Below, in pieces: positions 14,060 to 27,231 of a DNA stretch of 64,000 bases. The DNA comes from the human T2T-CHM13v2.0 reference genome, Homo sapiens. The position numbers and the translations under genes were made by a program. The stretch lies in NCBI RefSeq assembly GCF_009914755.1, contig NC_060932.1, one strand, 5' to 3'. Below the pieces are notes generated by a model. The model did no database searches and was not told the origin of the DNA. It worked only from the letters and a program-made list of their open reading frames with translations. The stretch's first letter is position 1; each line of letters begins with the position of its first letter.

Positions 14060-17012
14060 TAGGTGACCCTGGCACAACGCAGGGGTCAACTCCATGCAGT
14101 CAAAATCTGCATATATTTTTGGCTCCCCAAAAACTTAACTAATAATAGATTACTATTGACTGGAAGCCTTACCAATAACATAAACTGTTGATTAACATAT
14201 ATTTTATGTTATATATGTTATATACTGTATTCTTAAAGTAAAGTCAGCTAGAGAACAGAAAATGCTGTTAAGAAAATCATAAGGGAGAAAAATATATGTA
14301 CTATTTATTAAATGAAAGAGGATCATCATAAAGGTCTTCATCCTTGTCTTCATGTTGAGTAGGCTGAGGACGAGGAAGACGAGGGATTGGTCTTGCTGTC
14401 TCAGGGGTGGGCAGGGATGGAAGAGGCGGAGTAGGTTGAAAGGGAGACAGAAGAGGCAGGCACACTCAGTTTAAGTTTTTGAAAACACATTGCAGTTTCT
14501 CTCTGAGTTTTTGCTTTTTCATTTCTCTAAAAATGTTTCTGCATGGTACCAATCCATCTTCCACTGTTTGCTTTAGTTTCAGTGCCTGTATCATACAGAG
14601 TCCAATATCATGAGAGAAACCAAAAGCAGTCTTGAATAATTAGAACTCTTCTAACTGTCTAATCTCAATTTGTTCTTTGACACTGTTTCTTCTACATTTT
14701 CTTCCTCATGATGGGGCACTAGTTCAAAAGTGCTCATCTCCATCAGGTCATCTTCTGTTAATTCGTCTTGTGTGGCATCTATTATTTCTTGAATTTCTCC
14801 AAGATCCATATCTTGAAACCTTTTACTCCCCATCTTTTTTTTTTTTTTTGCCATATCCACACTCCTTTTATATGATTTTCTTGATTGACTTTGTCATAAA
14901 TCCTATGAGGTCATGACCATCTGGACAGTTCTCTTCAGCAGGAATTTATTTCTTCAGGCTTCATAGCTTTCATGACATTTTTGATAACAATAAGGGAATC
15001 TTCAATGTCCTTCCAGATATTGGTTATGTTCTCTCTCTTCCATGGCATGGGTAATCTTTTTCACAGAACGTCCTGTGTAATGACCCTTAAAGGTTCTTAT
15101 GACCACTGATCTACAGGCTGGATTAGAGATGTGTTTGGGTACAAGTAGTCCACTTCAGCACCTTTGGTGTTGAACTCATGGGGTTATGATGGCCAGGGGC
15201 ATTTTCCAATATCAAAAGGATTTTAAAAGTTTGTCCCTTACTGGCAAGGTATTTCCCGACATGGTGGACAACCCATCTGTGGAACCAATCCAGAAAAAAG
15301 GCTCTCATTGTCTAGGTTTCCTTGTTGTACAATCAAAAGACTGGCAGCTGATGTTTATCTTTTCCCTTCATGTCCCATGGGTTAACAGCTTTATAATTAA
15401 AAGAGGTTCACTCATAAACCCTACTATACTTGCACAAACCGTAGAGTTAGCCTGTTTATTTCTGCCTTGAATTCTGGTATTTGCTTATCTTCCTTACTAT
15501 TATATCTTCTTTGTGGCATTGTTTTCTCTTCAAAATAGAGCACTTTCACTGTAGATATTTTTTGTTCTCAACTATTTTTCTTAGTGGCATCTGGGAACTC
15601 ATCTGCTACCTTTTGGTGGGCAGAAATTGCTTCTCCTGTTATCGTGGTATTTTTAAAGTGAAATCTTTTTCTGAAATCATCAAGCTATAATTTCCTGACA
15701 TTAAATACTTCAGCTTCTAATGCTTTGCCATATAATGACTTTGCTACATTTCAAATCATGTTCATGTCTATGAATATGCCTTATATTAATAGAAACTCTG
15801 TGCCCAAATAAAAGCTGCATTTTTAATATGAGGTAAAAGGTTATTTCATAAAATGTACAAGGTTTTCACACTTGCTGCACAACTGCAGTGATGGTGTCAC
15901 AAGGGTTTCTGTTTGTTTTTTTTCACATCGGTCCTTATGCTGGATTTATTTATCTTGAAATGGTGGGCATCCACAGCTGTAGACTCAATCTAAGGTACTT
16001 ATCAAATAATTCAGCTTTTATTATAATTACCTGGCTTTTTTCTGCTTTTTGGAAGCACTTCCAGCATCACCAGTGGCGCTTCATATAGGTCTCTTGGTGT
16101 TATTTGTTTATAGTAATGAAAACCTTTATAGTGATTAAAAATACACAAGAAGCCAGTCATGGTGGCTCATGCCTGTAATCCCAGCAGTTTAGGAGGCCAA
16201 AGTGGGTGGATTATGTGAGCCCAGGAGTTTGAGACCAGCCTTTGCAACATGGTGAAACCCTGTTTCCACAAAAATTACAAAAATTAGCCCTGCATAGTGG
16301 AGCATACCTGTAGTTTTAGCTACTCAGGAGGCTGAGATGGGAGAATCACCTGAACCCAGTAGGCAGAGGTTGCAGTGACTGCAATCATGCCACTGAACTC
16401 CAGCCTTGGCGACAGAATGAGACAGTCTCAAAAAAAAAAAAAAAAGTACAAAGAGATCACTTTTTACTGTGATATGCCATTTACTGGAGAGACAAACTGC
16501 TCATGTGAAAATAATTAGCATTTTACATTTTTAGTGAAATGTATTTGATATCTTAAGTGGATACTTGTAACACTTAAGCTCACTGCAATAGCAACAGGAG
16601 GTGACTACAAAATTATTACAGTAGTACAGTAGGTACTACAGCAAATTTTATGCAGTATTGATTTAATAATGCATCTTTACATCTGTTTACATGTCTCTCC
16701 AGTATGAATGACACCATATCTGCTCTGTGTTCATGTAAGTTTTGATAAATTTTAACTTTTTATAATGGATTTGTTTATCTTTAGGATAGTAAATGATAAA
16801 ATAGACAAGGAATATCTACATATATTTTAAACATACATGAAATATCTTTCTCTTAATTTTTTTTTATATTTCTAGGCTGCTTGGTTCATTGGTGAGTTTT
16901 TCTTTTTCAAGTTGTCACAAACATCCCCCAAATTCTCCAATATATTCATTGGAAAAGATCTAAGTGTATTTGTACCTGCACAGTTTAAACCCATGTTTTC
17001 AAGAGTCAACTG
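14060..17012 (-). mobile_element. Tigger2 (TcMar/pogo) DNA transposon, near full length, transposase inactivated
   Basis: Degenerate TIRs (tAGgTGACCCTgGcACAAC.. / ..GTTTTCAAGAGTCAACTG) followed by TA. Transposase fragments 15123..15308 (FFLDWFHR..KILLILENAPGH) and 14651..14860 (FQDMDLGEIQE..ELTEDDLMEM). Confidence 0.92.
16151..16445 (+). mobile_element. AluJ (Jb-like) inserted in Tigger2
   Basis: TGAGCCCAGGAGTT left-arm J diagnostic, high divergence, poly-A, imperfect TSD AAAAATACACAAGA/AAAAAGTACAAAGA. Confidence 0.92.
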
Positions 17013-17115
17013 TATATACCATAATTTCTTTCTCCATTCATTCATTGGTGTACATTGCATTGTTTCTACCTCTTGGCTATTATGAATAATATTGCAATGA
17101 GTATAAATGCACAAA
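17013..17115 (-). mobile_element. L1MB continuation (right of Tigger2)
   Basis: TATATACCATAATTTCTT..CCATTCAT..TCTTGGCTATTATGAATAAT continues the L1 sequence interrupted at 14059. Confidence 0.85.
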
Positions 17116-17354
17116 GAGAGTTGAAAGTTTTTGTGAGGTTACAAAGTCAATGTGAATCAAATATAGAATATAGGTGATATCACAGATTCAATTAATAGAC
17201 CATAATTATAAAGATGGATATTCTTGAGCATTTAATGAAGGGAAGTATCAGTAAGAATGTGTTGTAAGAGAATGTATCAATGGAGGGATTGTTTTAAGTT
17301 GGTCTTAGAACTATATGTGAAGTCTGTGTTACCAATCAAGGCAATTAAAATACA

Positions 17355-17490
17355 TGAGGATATATGAAAATCGGTTTTGTTCCTATACACTAGTAATAAA
17401 CAATCCAAAAGAAAAATTAAAGAATCAATTCCATTTATAATAGCAACAAAAGAATAAAACAAATTTATTTGACTAAGTAGTACAAATCTT
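17355..17490 (+). mobile_element. L1M ORF2 fragment
   Basis: TTCCTATACACTAGTAATAAACAATCC...AATTCCATTTATAATAGCAACAAAAGAATAAAA. Confidence 0.7.
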
Positions 17491-17806
17491 AACATTTTTT
17501 ATAATCAACACTTTGATATCAGTTGATGCTTTACAATAAGATCATTGAACATTTCTTAGAATTTTAATAGAGTTTCAATTCTATTAACTTCTGCAAATGA
17601 TTAGGAATCATAACTTATTTTGGTCGAAGATTATGGTTTATCAATTTAATTCTTGAAATTTTATTTTTAAAACCATTTATACTAATGGTGACATTTTATA
17701 TACTGTAGAATTCGGGGAGACTGGAAGTGTAATGAAGGAGTTGAATGTATCCTACATGTTTCTTGTTCAAACTCAGTACACAAATACTAATTTAAAACCA
17801 TACAGA

Positions 17807-17905
17807 GACCAGATGCAATGTATCACATCTACAATTCCAACACTTTGGGAGCATGAGGTGGGAAGAATGCTTGAGGCCAGGAGTTTGAGACCAACCTGGT
17901 CAACA
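17807..17905 (+). mobile_element. FLAM/AluJ left-arm fragment
   Basis: CACTTTGGGAG...GCTTGAGGCCAGGAGTTTGAGACCAACCTGG, no right arm or tail. Confidence 0.8.
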
Positions 17906-19719
17906 GTTTTTCTCCATGCCCCATACCTTTCTCTTTACCCCTCTTTCTCCTTTTTCTTTTTAAAATATTTGGATTCATAATGCATATGTTCTCTACTTGC
18001 TCTTTAATATAGCAACAGCAACATATGCTGAAAATATTTTCTTTGTTACATGACAGTAATATAACTGTAAAGAATGCATAACATTCATCTTTTGCATAAC
18101 TGATTTAATCAATCTCCTAATATTTGTTATTTATGTCTTCTCATTATTTACTATAAATAGCAGCATAATGAATATCTATGTATGGAAATTTTTAAATGCA
18201 TAAATGATTTCTTAAAATTTATTTCTAGATGTCAAGTTATTTGGTTAAAACATTACAAAAATTTCATAATTTTCATACATAAAAAAAGCATCAAAATTCA
18301 CAAATTGATTTTGGTTCAAATTCCAAAATTAAGGTTAAATTTAAAAAGAAAATAATTCTTTATGTTTGTAAGTTAATAAGTAATTTGAGCTTAAATAACT
18401 TTAGCTTTCCAGAATAAGGTAGTTACTTGAGAATTTCATAGTAAAAAGTCATAGGATACGTTCTAGTAATACTATTACTTCCTAATGGAAGTCAAGTGGA
18501 GTGAACTGCAAAGTTTTGGATGGAATCTACACCTGAGTAGCTATCTTTGCAACTGCAATTATCTAGGTAATTCATGCAGATAGAATGTGATTTTCTACAT
18601 TGCCAACTAAGAGAGTTTCATATCTTTTAATAAAATTCTGTCATATCATGTATTATAACTTTATAAAGTTCTAGACACATAAAACACATAAAATGTTCAA
18701 ATACAGCCTCACACATAATAACTATTGATAATGGGTTTAGGGCATTTTAGCCTGTTCTTAAAAAGTGTGACTTTATTTTGATGATATTCCTAGCCCTTTT
18801 ATCATGTGAAATTTGTAATCTTTACTATGTGCTTTTTGGCCTTCACAGAACAACTTGTAGCAAACAAAGTGCAATAGGAAATAACGTGAAGGAAAAGTAT
18901 GGACGTTGGGACCAGCACAAAAGAAAAAGATTTAAGTCTTAATACTTTTGTCTATAATTATTATAAAAGTCACTTAAAATTACTGTATCAATAGTTATAA
19001 TTATATATTTATGTTAATTCTTAATTATAGAGTTGTTGAGGCAATACCATGAGTTAAACAGAAATACTAGTGGTAGATTTTTTTCACTTATTCCCTTGTA
19101 CAGTGTGTGCATTTCTATCATAGGGCTAAATAGTACTTACTATTTCGTAAACAAATCTCTCCAAGATACGGAAAGTTACTTAAGGACAAGTCCAACGTAT
19201 CAGTAACTTTTGTTTCTCCAGAATCTAATATATTTGTGAATATAGGAAAAAGGGTAATTAGTAGTTCATTAATGAATAAATAAAAATTTGGAACCCAGTT
19301 ACAATGTCATTGCAAGGCCATCTGGACTGAGGTTCTTAGTAGCATTGTGAAAATGTAAGATTTTAGAGGACTTATTGTACGAGGTATGTTTTTTATCAAA
19401 ATGACAAACAAGACCTCATCCAGAGCTTTTTTATTATTATGACTGAAAAGGTAAGCAAAAGACAGAAAGATGTTAAAAGTGATCCCTAATTAATTCTTAT
19501 GGGCAGAAGTCATGAAGAACATAAATTATCAAGCAAACAATTTTGGACAATGGTTATAAAGCAATGTGAGGATGTAATAAATTCATTTATTATTATCATT
19601 GCAGCACATTAGTTTTTCAAAAAGAAGGGTCTGTTTTTTGTAAGTGATAGTTATACTGTATATGCAGTTGATGGTCCAACCTCTGTTTTTATCAGCTGTC
19701 AATATAAATTATAATAAAA

Positions 19720-20325
19720 TTTATTGAAGATTGATTGAAAAAGTGGACTTAATTCTTAGCCCCTCCCTATGCCTAAGACCTTTTCAGTGTGTCTTGTTTT
19801 ATGCAATGGACTTTATCAGAAGAAATAGTGTGATACACTGAATAAAAACTTCAAAGACATTGTATGCTTAACCTCTTTTTCTTAATTCCAGCTTCTGCCA
19901 TGAGAACCTAGTGGGCTAGTCTGCCTGAAGTGTATGAGTTATCTCTGTGGAGGACATACTATACAAGCTAGCACCACAATTTTATCTGCCCAAATTATCC
20001 CAAATTATGATTGCAAATGCTTGAAAAATATCATCAGGATCAACCAAGTCTAGCTCAGGTCAGCAGAACCACCCAGCAGAAATGCCCACACTTTGAGCTT
20101 AGTTAGAGAATGCAGCCAAGAACGGAGACAATTCTTCATGCACTTTGCAATTCAGTTTGCATATCTTCAATTAATGGGTTGTGAATATTTTCTTAAAACT
20201 TTAAACTAGCCTAACTAGCTGTTTTTAAAGCCTTCTGTTTTCTTGCCAGTCTCAAATATGGCTTTTGTAGATGTTTTAACAAAAACTTTATAACGGTTTT
20301 GTTATACAGCAATAGAAATCTACAA
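19720..20325 (+). mobile_element. old MLT1 (G/H-like) LTR, degenerate
   Basis: CTGCCATGAGAAC, CAGCAGAACCACCCAGC and terminal TTTGTTATACAGCAATAGA. Confidence 0.45.
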
Positions 20326-20400
20326 AAGTCACTTCATATTTCCAACAAGAAGAATTGACACTGTATAGACAACGTTTCCTAGAACTAAGTTTGATAATAA

Positions 20401-20699
20401 TATTTTTTGAGACAAGATCTCACTCTGTCACCCAGGCTGAAGTTTAATGGTGAGATCTTGGCTCACTGCAACCTCAGCCTCCCAGACTCAAGTAATCCTC
20501 CCACCTCAGCCTTCTGAGTAGCTGAGACTACAGGCACACACCATCACAGTCAGTTAACTTTTTTGTTTGTTTGTTTATTTGTAGAGATGAGGTCTCACTA
20601 TGTTACCCAAGCTAGTTTGGAACTCCTGGAGTCAAGTGATACTACTGTCTTGGCCTCCCAAAGTGCAGAAATTATAGGCATAAGCCACCATGTCCAGCC
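20401..20699 (-). mobile_element. AluJ (Jo/Jr-like)
   Basis: CTCAAGTAATCCTCCCACCTCAGCC, GGTCTCACTATGTT, short eroded tail. Confidence 0.92.
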
Positions 20700-20789
20700 T
20701 TCATATAAATTTTATGTAATACTATTCAATCACTACAAAAGAAAACTGTGTTGTAATTTTTATATCAATTCTGTTGAAACTAAATTAAA

Positions 20790-21172
20790 TTCAGGAAAAT
20801 TAATAGCTAGCAATATTAACTCTTTCAATTCATGAACATGCCATATGTATCTCCTCCATCCATTTAGGTCTTTAATTTTTCTCAGCAATTCACTGTAGTT
20901 TTGAATATTAATGTCTTTTGGTAAATTTATTCTTAATTATATTTGTTTCTTGATGCTATTGTATGTAAAATAATTTTTAATTTTTTGGTTTTTTATTTCT
21001 GGTATAATGAAATAAAATGAATTTTAATGACTGCATCTTCCCTTAAAAATTCATGGAATAATTTCATAAGGTTTTCAAAAAATTTGGGGAGTTTCTGTGT
21101 AAATCACACTGTCATTTCACTTCATTGGTAAATAGAGATGGTGTTATCTCTTCTATTTCAACTGTTTAGTCT

Positions 21173-21210
<38 letters not shown>

Positions 21211-21580
21211 GTATTTTTTTGTTTGTTTCTCTGGCCAGGCCCTTTGACATAGTGCCAGACAAAAGTTATAAGAGAAGACCTTGCATTTTTCCTGACCTTA
21301 GGTGGAAGACTTTCTATATTTTTTCATTAAACATAATGTATGCTGTAGGTAGGTCCTTTGCAGTTGCATTTCATCAGATTGAGAAAATTCCTTGATATGC
21401 AGTTTCCTGAGAGGTTTCATCATGATTGGGAGTTTAATTATTTTTTGGAGTGTGTTTCTGTTTCTAATGAGAAGATTATAAGACTTTTCTCAAATATTCA
21501 GTTAATATGGTTAAGTAATTTAACTTTCAATTGTTGAGCCAACTATACAATTCTATGAGAATCCTACTTGGCATTTTGAG
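20790..21580 (-). mobile_element. old L1M ORF2 fragment
   Basis: CCATTTAGGTCTTTAATT, TTCCTGACCTTAGGTGGAA, CATTAAACATAATG, CAGATTGAGAAAATTCC are L1 RT-region antisense motifs. Confidence 0.7.
21175..21212. repeat. (GT)n microsatellite
   Basis: About 19 GT units with one GC interruption. Confidence 0.97.
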
Positions 21581-21625
21581 GTTACTTAAATGTTACATTA
21601 CTCATCCCAAAACTTTCAATTATGC

Positions 21626-21649
21626 GTGTGTGTGTGTGTGTGTGTGTGT
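21626..21649. repeat. (GT)n microsatellite
   Basis: About 12 GT units followed by a TA-rich run. Confidence 0.95.
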
Positions 21650-21849
21650 ATTTATATATATTTGTATATATAGAGTCAATATAATATATATACCATAATA
21701 ACAGCAATGCTTACATTTTGAACATTGTTTTCACATTGGTCCAAATTCACTTACATTTTTCCTACTCAATTCTAATATCTGCCATCTCACCGAGTTGCTG
21801 TGTTTCCTATCAGTAGGAAATGGCATTTAGAAATCAAAACATACCATGT

Positions 21850-22040
21850 ACTTTGGCCGATAATGACGTGTCAATACAGGTTCATCAGCTCTAACAAATG
21901 TACCACTCTGGTGGAGGATGCTGATAATGGGGTAGTAAGTAGTCTGTGAGTTTGGGGAGGCAAGAGATACATGTGAACTCTGTATTTTCCACTCAATTTT
22001 GGTTTTGACCTAAAACTGCTCTAAAAAATCTATCAAAAAC
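21850..22040 (+). mobile_element. L1MC/MD 3' terminal fragment
   Basis: AACAAATGTACCACTCTGGTGG...ACTCAATTTTG...ACCTAAAACTGCTCTAAAAAA. Confidence 0.85.
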
Positions 22041-22994
22041 TAAGTGTATGTTCTATACAGTATTTGGTATAACTATATTGTTTTCTTATTTCTTCTAAAT
22101 GACGTTTTTTTAAAAATGCACTTTATATTCTAACTGAGTATATTCTGTGCCTTTTAAAAACAGCATTATGCTTCTTTTCAAGATTATGTTTCAATAGACT
22201 ATTTCAACTGTATGTTACTGATCTCATCATGGATGCATAGGTCAAGTGTGTAAGAAAATATTTTTGTAGCCTTATACATTACAGAAATTTCTCACCTGTT
22301 GAAATACCTTCCATGCCAGTTTATGAGATATTTGACAGTGAATATTTTATATTTAGAATGTAATTTTTTAAAGATGATGTAGCATTTCAAATAACTGAGA
22401 AAGAGGAGGTCAAAACTTTTAGCTTTTCTTTTACTTTGTGTTTCAAAATCATCTGCCACAAAAAGTACAAATAATTTTATTTTAACCACACAATTTAAGA
22501 ATAGTTGCTAAGTATAAAGGTATTGGAGGAGGATATTTAAATTGCAGCACATTTCAAACAGATGAAGTCATCTATATAATAAGGCATGCTGCTGTAGGGC
22601 AAAATGCATAATGCCAATTTTCAGATTTATCTTCAGTATCATGGGATTTTGAGCCACAGGCTTGAAATGTACTACTCTTGTCAGAATGTCCTGAGCTCGT
22701 AAAAAAGCAGACATTTGATGGATTTTTTTCCAGCTCTTTTTATTTCCAGGCAGGTAATTATATAAATTTGTGACAATCACTGCGGTGCTTTAGGGAGGAA
22801 ATGCCGAAGCACAGCCGTAATAGTTTGAGCATCTTGTTACTATCATCCAGCAAGTTGGCTCTGCTTTCAGATTAAAAATCTTCTCATTAAAGAATTAATA
22901 TTGTGAAGCCAGACCAGTAATGGTTGGACTTTAAACAAATTAAATTTATTTTATTTGCTGTGTTTATGTCTCATGGATTCAATTAGGCATAATT

Positions 22995-23232
22995 AATTAA
23001 GAATTTAGTTTTGTGTCTCATTTTCCTGGGTTTAAATCCTGGCTTCACTACTTTCTAGCTTGGAATTATTAACTAGTTACTTCTCTACAGCTCAGTCTCT
23101 TCGTGTTAAAAAAAGAGTTATTAATAAAAGTGATTTCCTCAAAGTAATGATGTAAAATTAAATTATTTAAGTTTTACAAAGTTTTTGAATCAGTATTCAG
23201 CATAGTAATTACTCAAAATTAGCTATGTTAAT
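22995..23232 (+). mobile_element. MIR SINE
   Basis: CCTGGGTTTAAATCCTGGCTTCACTACTT.CTAGCT...AGTTACTT...CTCAGT core. Confidence 0.7.
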
Positions 23233-24374
23233 AATACTAATTTCCTGCTTATTAAGCAATATTTAGTAATATTATTTCACCACTTACTTTAAAAGAAATC
23301 CATCAATCCTTGAGAAAATAAAAGATGTCAAAAATTGTAATAGCTCCCATTTTCTTTCTAAGTAGCTGTCCATTTACATAAATTGATATCTCCAATGGAA
23401 GTGGAATTAAATAAACTTAATCATAAACTAAACTATTTAATAACTTATTTTGCATATAGATTTTATCTGTTCTGCAATATTTCATGTTCTCAATAACATT
23501 AAAATAATATATTGCTTATTAGAAATGCTTAGCATGTCTATTAAATTGTTAATACTTTCATTTCAATTGTTTCATTTCAATTGTTAATACTTTCATAATT
23601 AATATTTATACTGTAAAATATACAGTCAGTATTTATAAAAACACTTTTATCAATTATTAATTTTTTCAATACTCTTAAAATTTCCCCACACATTTATCAT
23701 TAAAAGCTTTAAATGTTTTTCTAATTGAAGGCAAAATAGAAATATGAGATTTATATTTTTATATATTAAATATCTTTTAAAGAGGCTAAAAATGTGAAAA
23801 AAATCTGCCATTTGTAGAAGTTATTAAGCGTATCCTGCAACAAAATATATCATTCTGATCCAAATGACTCCAGATTGACATATTCATGTCTAATTCACCT
23901 CCCATTACTGAAAGTAAATATTCCAAATCATCACACTTCTTTCCAGACTTGTATTCTTTTGCTGCCCTAAATCTTTAAAAAATGAACTTACCTCCTAAAT
24001 GTCATACCTCACAGGTAAATTGAAGTTTATATATATGAATCCAAGAAATCATACTGATAGAAATCCAAATATTCAAGATAAAATAAACAATTAATTATAA
24101 ATATATAGGTAAATATTAAACATTGTTGTGTAGCTTTTCAAGAGCATTCCAAGATAATTGGTTACCTACATCAAAAATAAATTATGTGTTATAGATTTTG
24201 TGTTTTACAGAAAATGTAGAAAAATATTTGCAAAAGTAATAGCACAAAGACAGAGACAGAAAAGCATAGACATTTACAGTTTTAAGGATTGTTATAAAAA
24301 CGTGAAAGTGGTGTAAAATATTTGAAGATAAAATAAGTTGGTTGTATAAAATGCATTTATTTTTAGATTTTTAA

Positions 24375-24674
<300 letters not shown>

Positions 24675-25536
24675 TAAGGTATAATTTGCATATAGTGGAC
24701 TGCACAAATTTAATATGCACAAACTGATGGCTTATAAAACATCACCAAAATCAAGACATTGAACACATGCATAAACTCATAAATACCTTATTCCCTTCTG
24801 TAATTCTTCCCTCCTGCCCCTCATGAACCTTTCCCCACTAAACCTTAGATCTGCTTTCAGTACACACTAGTTTCACTTTGCTAGGATTTCATGTAAGTTG
24901 AATCATACCATATGTAATTTTATGTTGTTGTTGTTGCTGTTGGTGGGGGCAGTCTGACTTCTAACATCAGCAGAATCATTTTAAGATTCATATATTTATT
25001 GTAGGCATGAATAATCCCCTTCTTTTTGTTTATGAATAATATTCCATTGCATGTATATACCAGTATTTATTTGTTTATCTGTTCACCAACTGATGGGCAT
25101 TTGTTACTTTCCAGTTTTCACATATTGCAGTAAAGCAGATTTGACTATTCATGTAATAGTTTGTGTAGAAAAATACTCCATCATTTTTCTTGGGGGAATA
25201 CCTGTAAAGGGAATGGCTAGGTCTTATGAAAGATGTGTGTTTAACTTTTTATGAAATTGTTGGATTTCCAAAGGGTTTGTGTCATTTTACATCCTAGTAA
25301 TAGTGAATGGGAAAAACACTCCACTTTCTTGTCTATACTTGGTATGGTCAGACTTCGTAATTTTAGTCATTCTGGTAGGTGTATAGTGGTATCTCAATGT
25401 AGTTTGGCTTTGCAGTGCCGTAGTAATTAGTAATGTTGAGTATATGATGATATGTTTATTTACCATCCATATATATTTTCTGGTAAAGCATCTGTTCAAA
25501 AATATTTTTTGCATTTTTTAAAAATTAAATTGTTTG

Positions 25537-25830
25537 GGCTGGGCACGGTGGCTCACGCCTGTAATCCCAGCACTTTGGGAGGCCGAGGTGGGAGGATCAC
25601 GAGGTCAGGAGATGGAGACCATCCTGGCTAACACGGTGAAACCCCGTCTCTATTAAAAATACAAAAAAATTAGCCAGGCATGGTGGCAGGCACCTGTAGT
25701 CCCAGCTTCTCCGGAGGCTGAGGCAGGACAATGGTGTGAACCGTGAGGCGGAGCTTGCAGTGAGCCAAGATCACCCACTGCACTGCAGCCTGGGCAACAA
25801 GCAAGACTCCGTCTAAAAATAAATAAATAA
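25537..25830 (+). mobile_element. AluY
   Basis: GGATCACGAGGTCAGGAGAT.GAGACCATCCTGGCTAACACGG, GGAGCTTGCAGTG, TSD TAAATTGTTTG. Confidence 0.95.
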
Positions 25831-25866
25831 GTAAATTGTTTGCTTAAGAATTCTTTCCATGTTCTG

Positions 25867-26380
25867 TGTGATAGGCAATTAATTGATCCTGAAATAGATT
25901 ATTGAGGATTATCTAGTAGGGTTAATCTGAACACTGCCACCCTAAAACCGAGAGCTTTCTCAAGCTGGTGGCACAAGTCAGAGAGATTTGAAGAATAAGA
26001 AAGAATGAATGCACCATTGCTGATATATAAATGGAAGAAACTATATCAGAAAGAATGCGGATGACCATAAGGAGGTAAAAGATGTCCTTGTTTAAGAGTC
26101 TGCAAAGAAATGAGACAGGACATCAGTCCTACATCTGCAAGGAAATAGATTCTGGAATTTATGGTACTGTGATTGTGAGCCTAGAAGTGAATTCTTCACT
26201 AGGACCACAATCTAAAGTGTTCAACCCAGACATTATCTTGATTAACGCCTTATAACCTTGAGCATAAAACCCATATCAGTTCACTTGGACTTCTGACCTA
26301 CAGAATTGTGCGATGATAAATGGATATTGTTTTAAGCTGTTTTATGGTAATTTGTTATGCAACAATAGAAAACTAATATA
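25867..26380 (+). mobile_element. MLT1D/E-like solo LTR
   Basis: GGACTTCTGACCTACAGAA..GTG..ATAAATGG..TTGTTATGCAACAATAGAAAACTAATA, perfect 5-bp TSD TTCTG (25862-66, 26381-85). Confidence 0.87.
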
Positions 26381-26776
26381 TTCTGTGTAAAAGTTTCTGA
26401 TTAGATATGTTTTGAAAATATATTATCTATGTCTGTGCCTTTTCATTTCAATCCTTTAAGAGAAAAACTCAGAAGGAAAGTTTTAATTTTGAAGAAGTCA
26501 AAGCCCTCATTTTATATGAATTATAATTTGGAGGTCATATCTAAGAGATTTTTACCAAACCTTCATTTGCCTTTTATGTTTTCTCTAGATCTTTTTCATA
26601 ATTTTAGGAAACATATTTAAGTTTATTGCCAATTTTAAGTGAATTTTGGTTATTGTTAGAGACATCAGTCAAACTTTTTTCTTTTTCATGTACATATCCA
26701 ATTATTTTATCACCATTATTGAAAAGAGTGTCCTTTCTCCACTGCTTGCATTTTTAAAGAGTCTTCATCAATCAGT

Positions 26777-27231
26777 TCTCTTAATCCATTTTCTGTTGCT
26801 ATAACAGAACCTGAGACTGGGTAATTTACAAAGAAAATAGGTTTGTTTGGTTCATGGTTTTACAGGCTGGGAATTTCAAGCGCATGGCCCTGGCTTCTGG
26901 CAAGGGCTTTCATGCTGCATCATAACATATTGGAGACATTCAAAGGGGAACCAACCATGTACACATGAGAAGAAGGACCAAACAAGAGGAAAAACTCACT
27001 TTATAACAATCTTCTCTCTTGGAAACTAATCTATTCACAGACTTAATCCTGTCTTGGGAGTGTAAGAACTCATTTACTACTGTGAGACTAGCACCAAACC
27101 ATTCATGAGGGATCTGCCTCCATGACCCAAACACCTCTCACTAGGCCCCACTTCCCAACACTGCCACACTGATGATCATATTTCAGCAAGAATTTTGGTG
27201 GGGAAATACAAACCATATCCCAACCATAGCA
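26777..27231 (-). mobile_element. MSTB/C-like solo LTR
   Basis: GTTGCTATAACAGAA..GACTGGGTAATTTA ... CCATTCATGAGGGATCTGCC..CATGACCCAAACACCT..CCCAACCATAGCA. Confidence 0.87.

Noticed and set aside
14651-15308. Possible domesticated TIGD-like transposase gene
   Set aside because: Multiple stops and frameshifts, a D-to-E change in the DNAPGH motif and retained TIRs indicate a decayed transposon.
22292-22489. ORF containing LFVADDF, reminiscent of the RT motif FADD
   Set aside because: No other RT motifs nearby. It is chance or a tiny L1 remnant.
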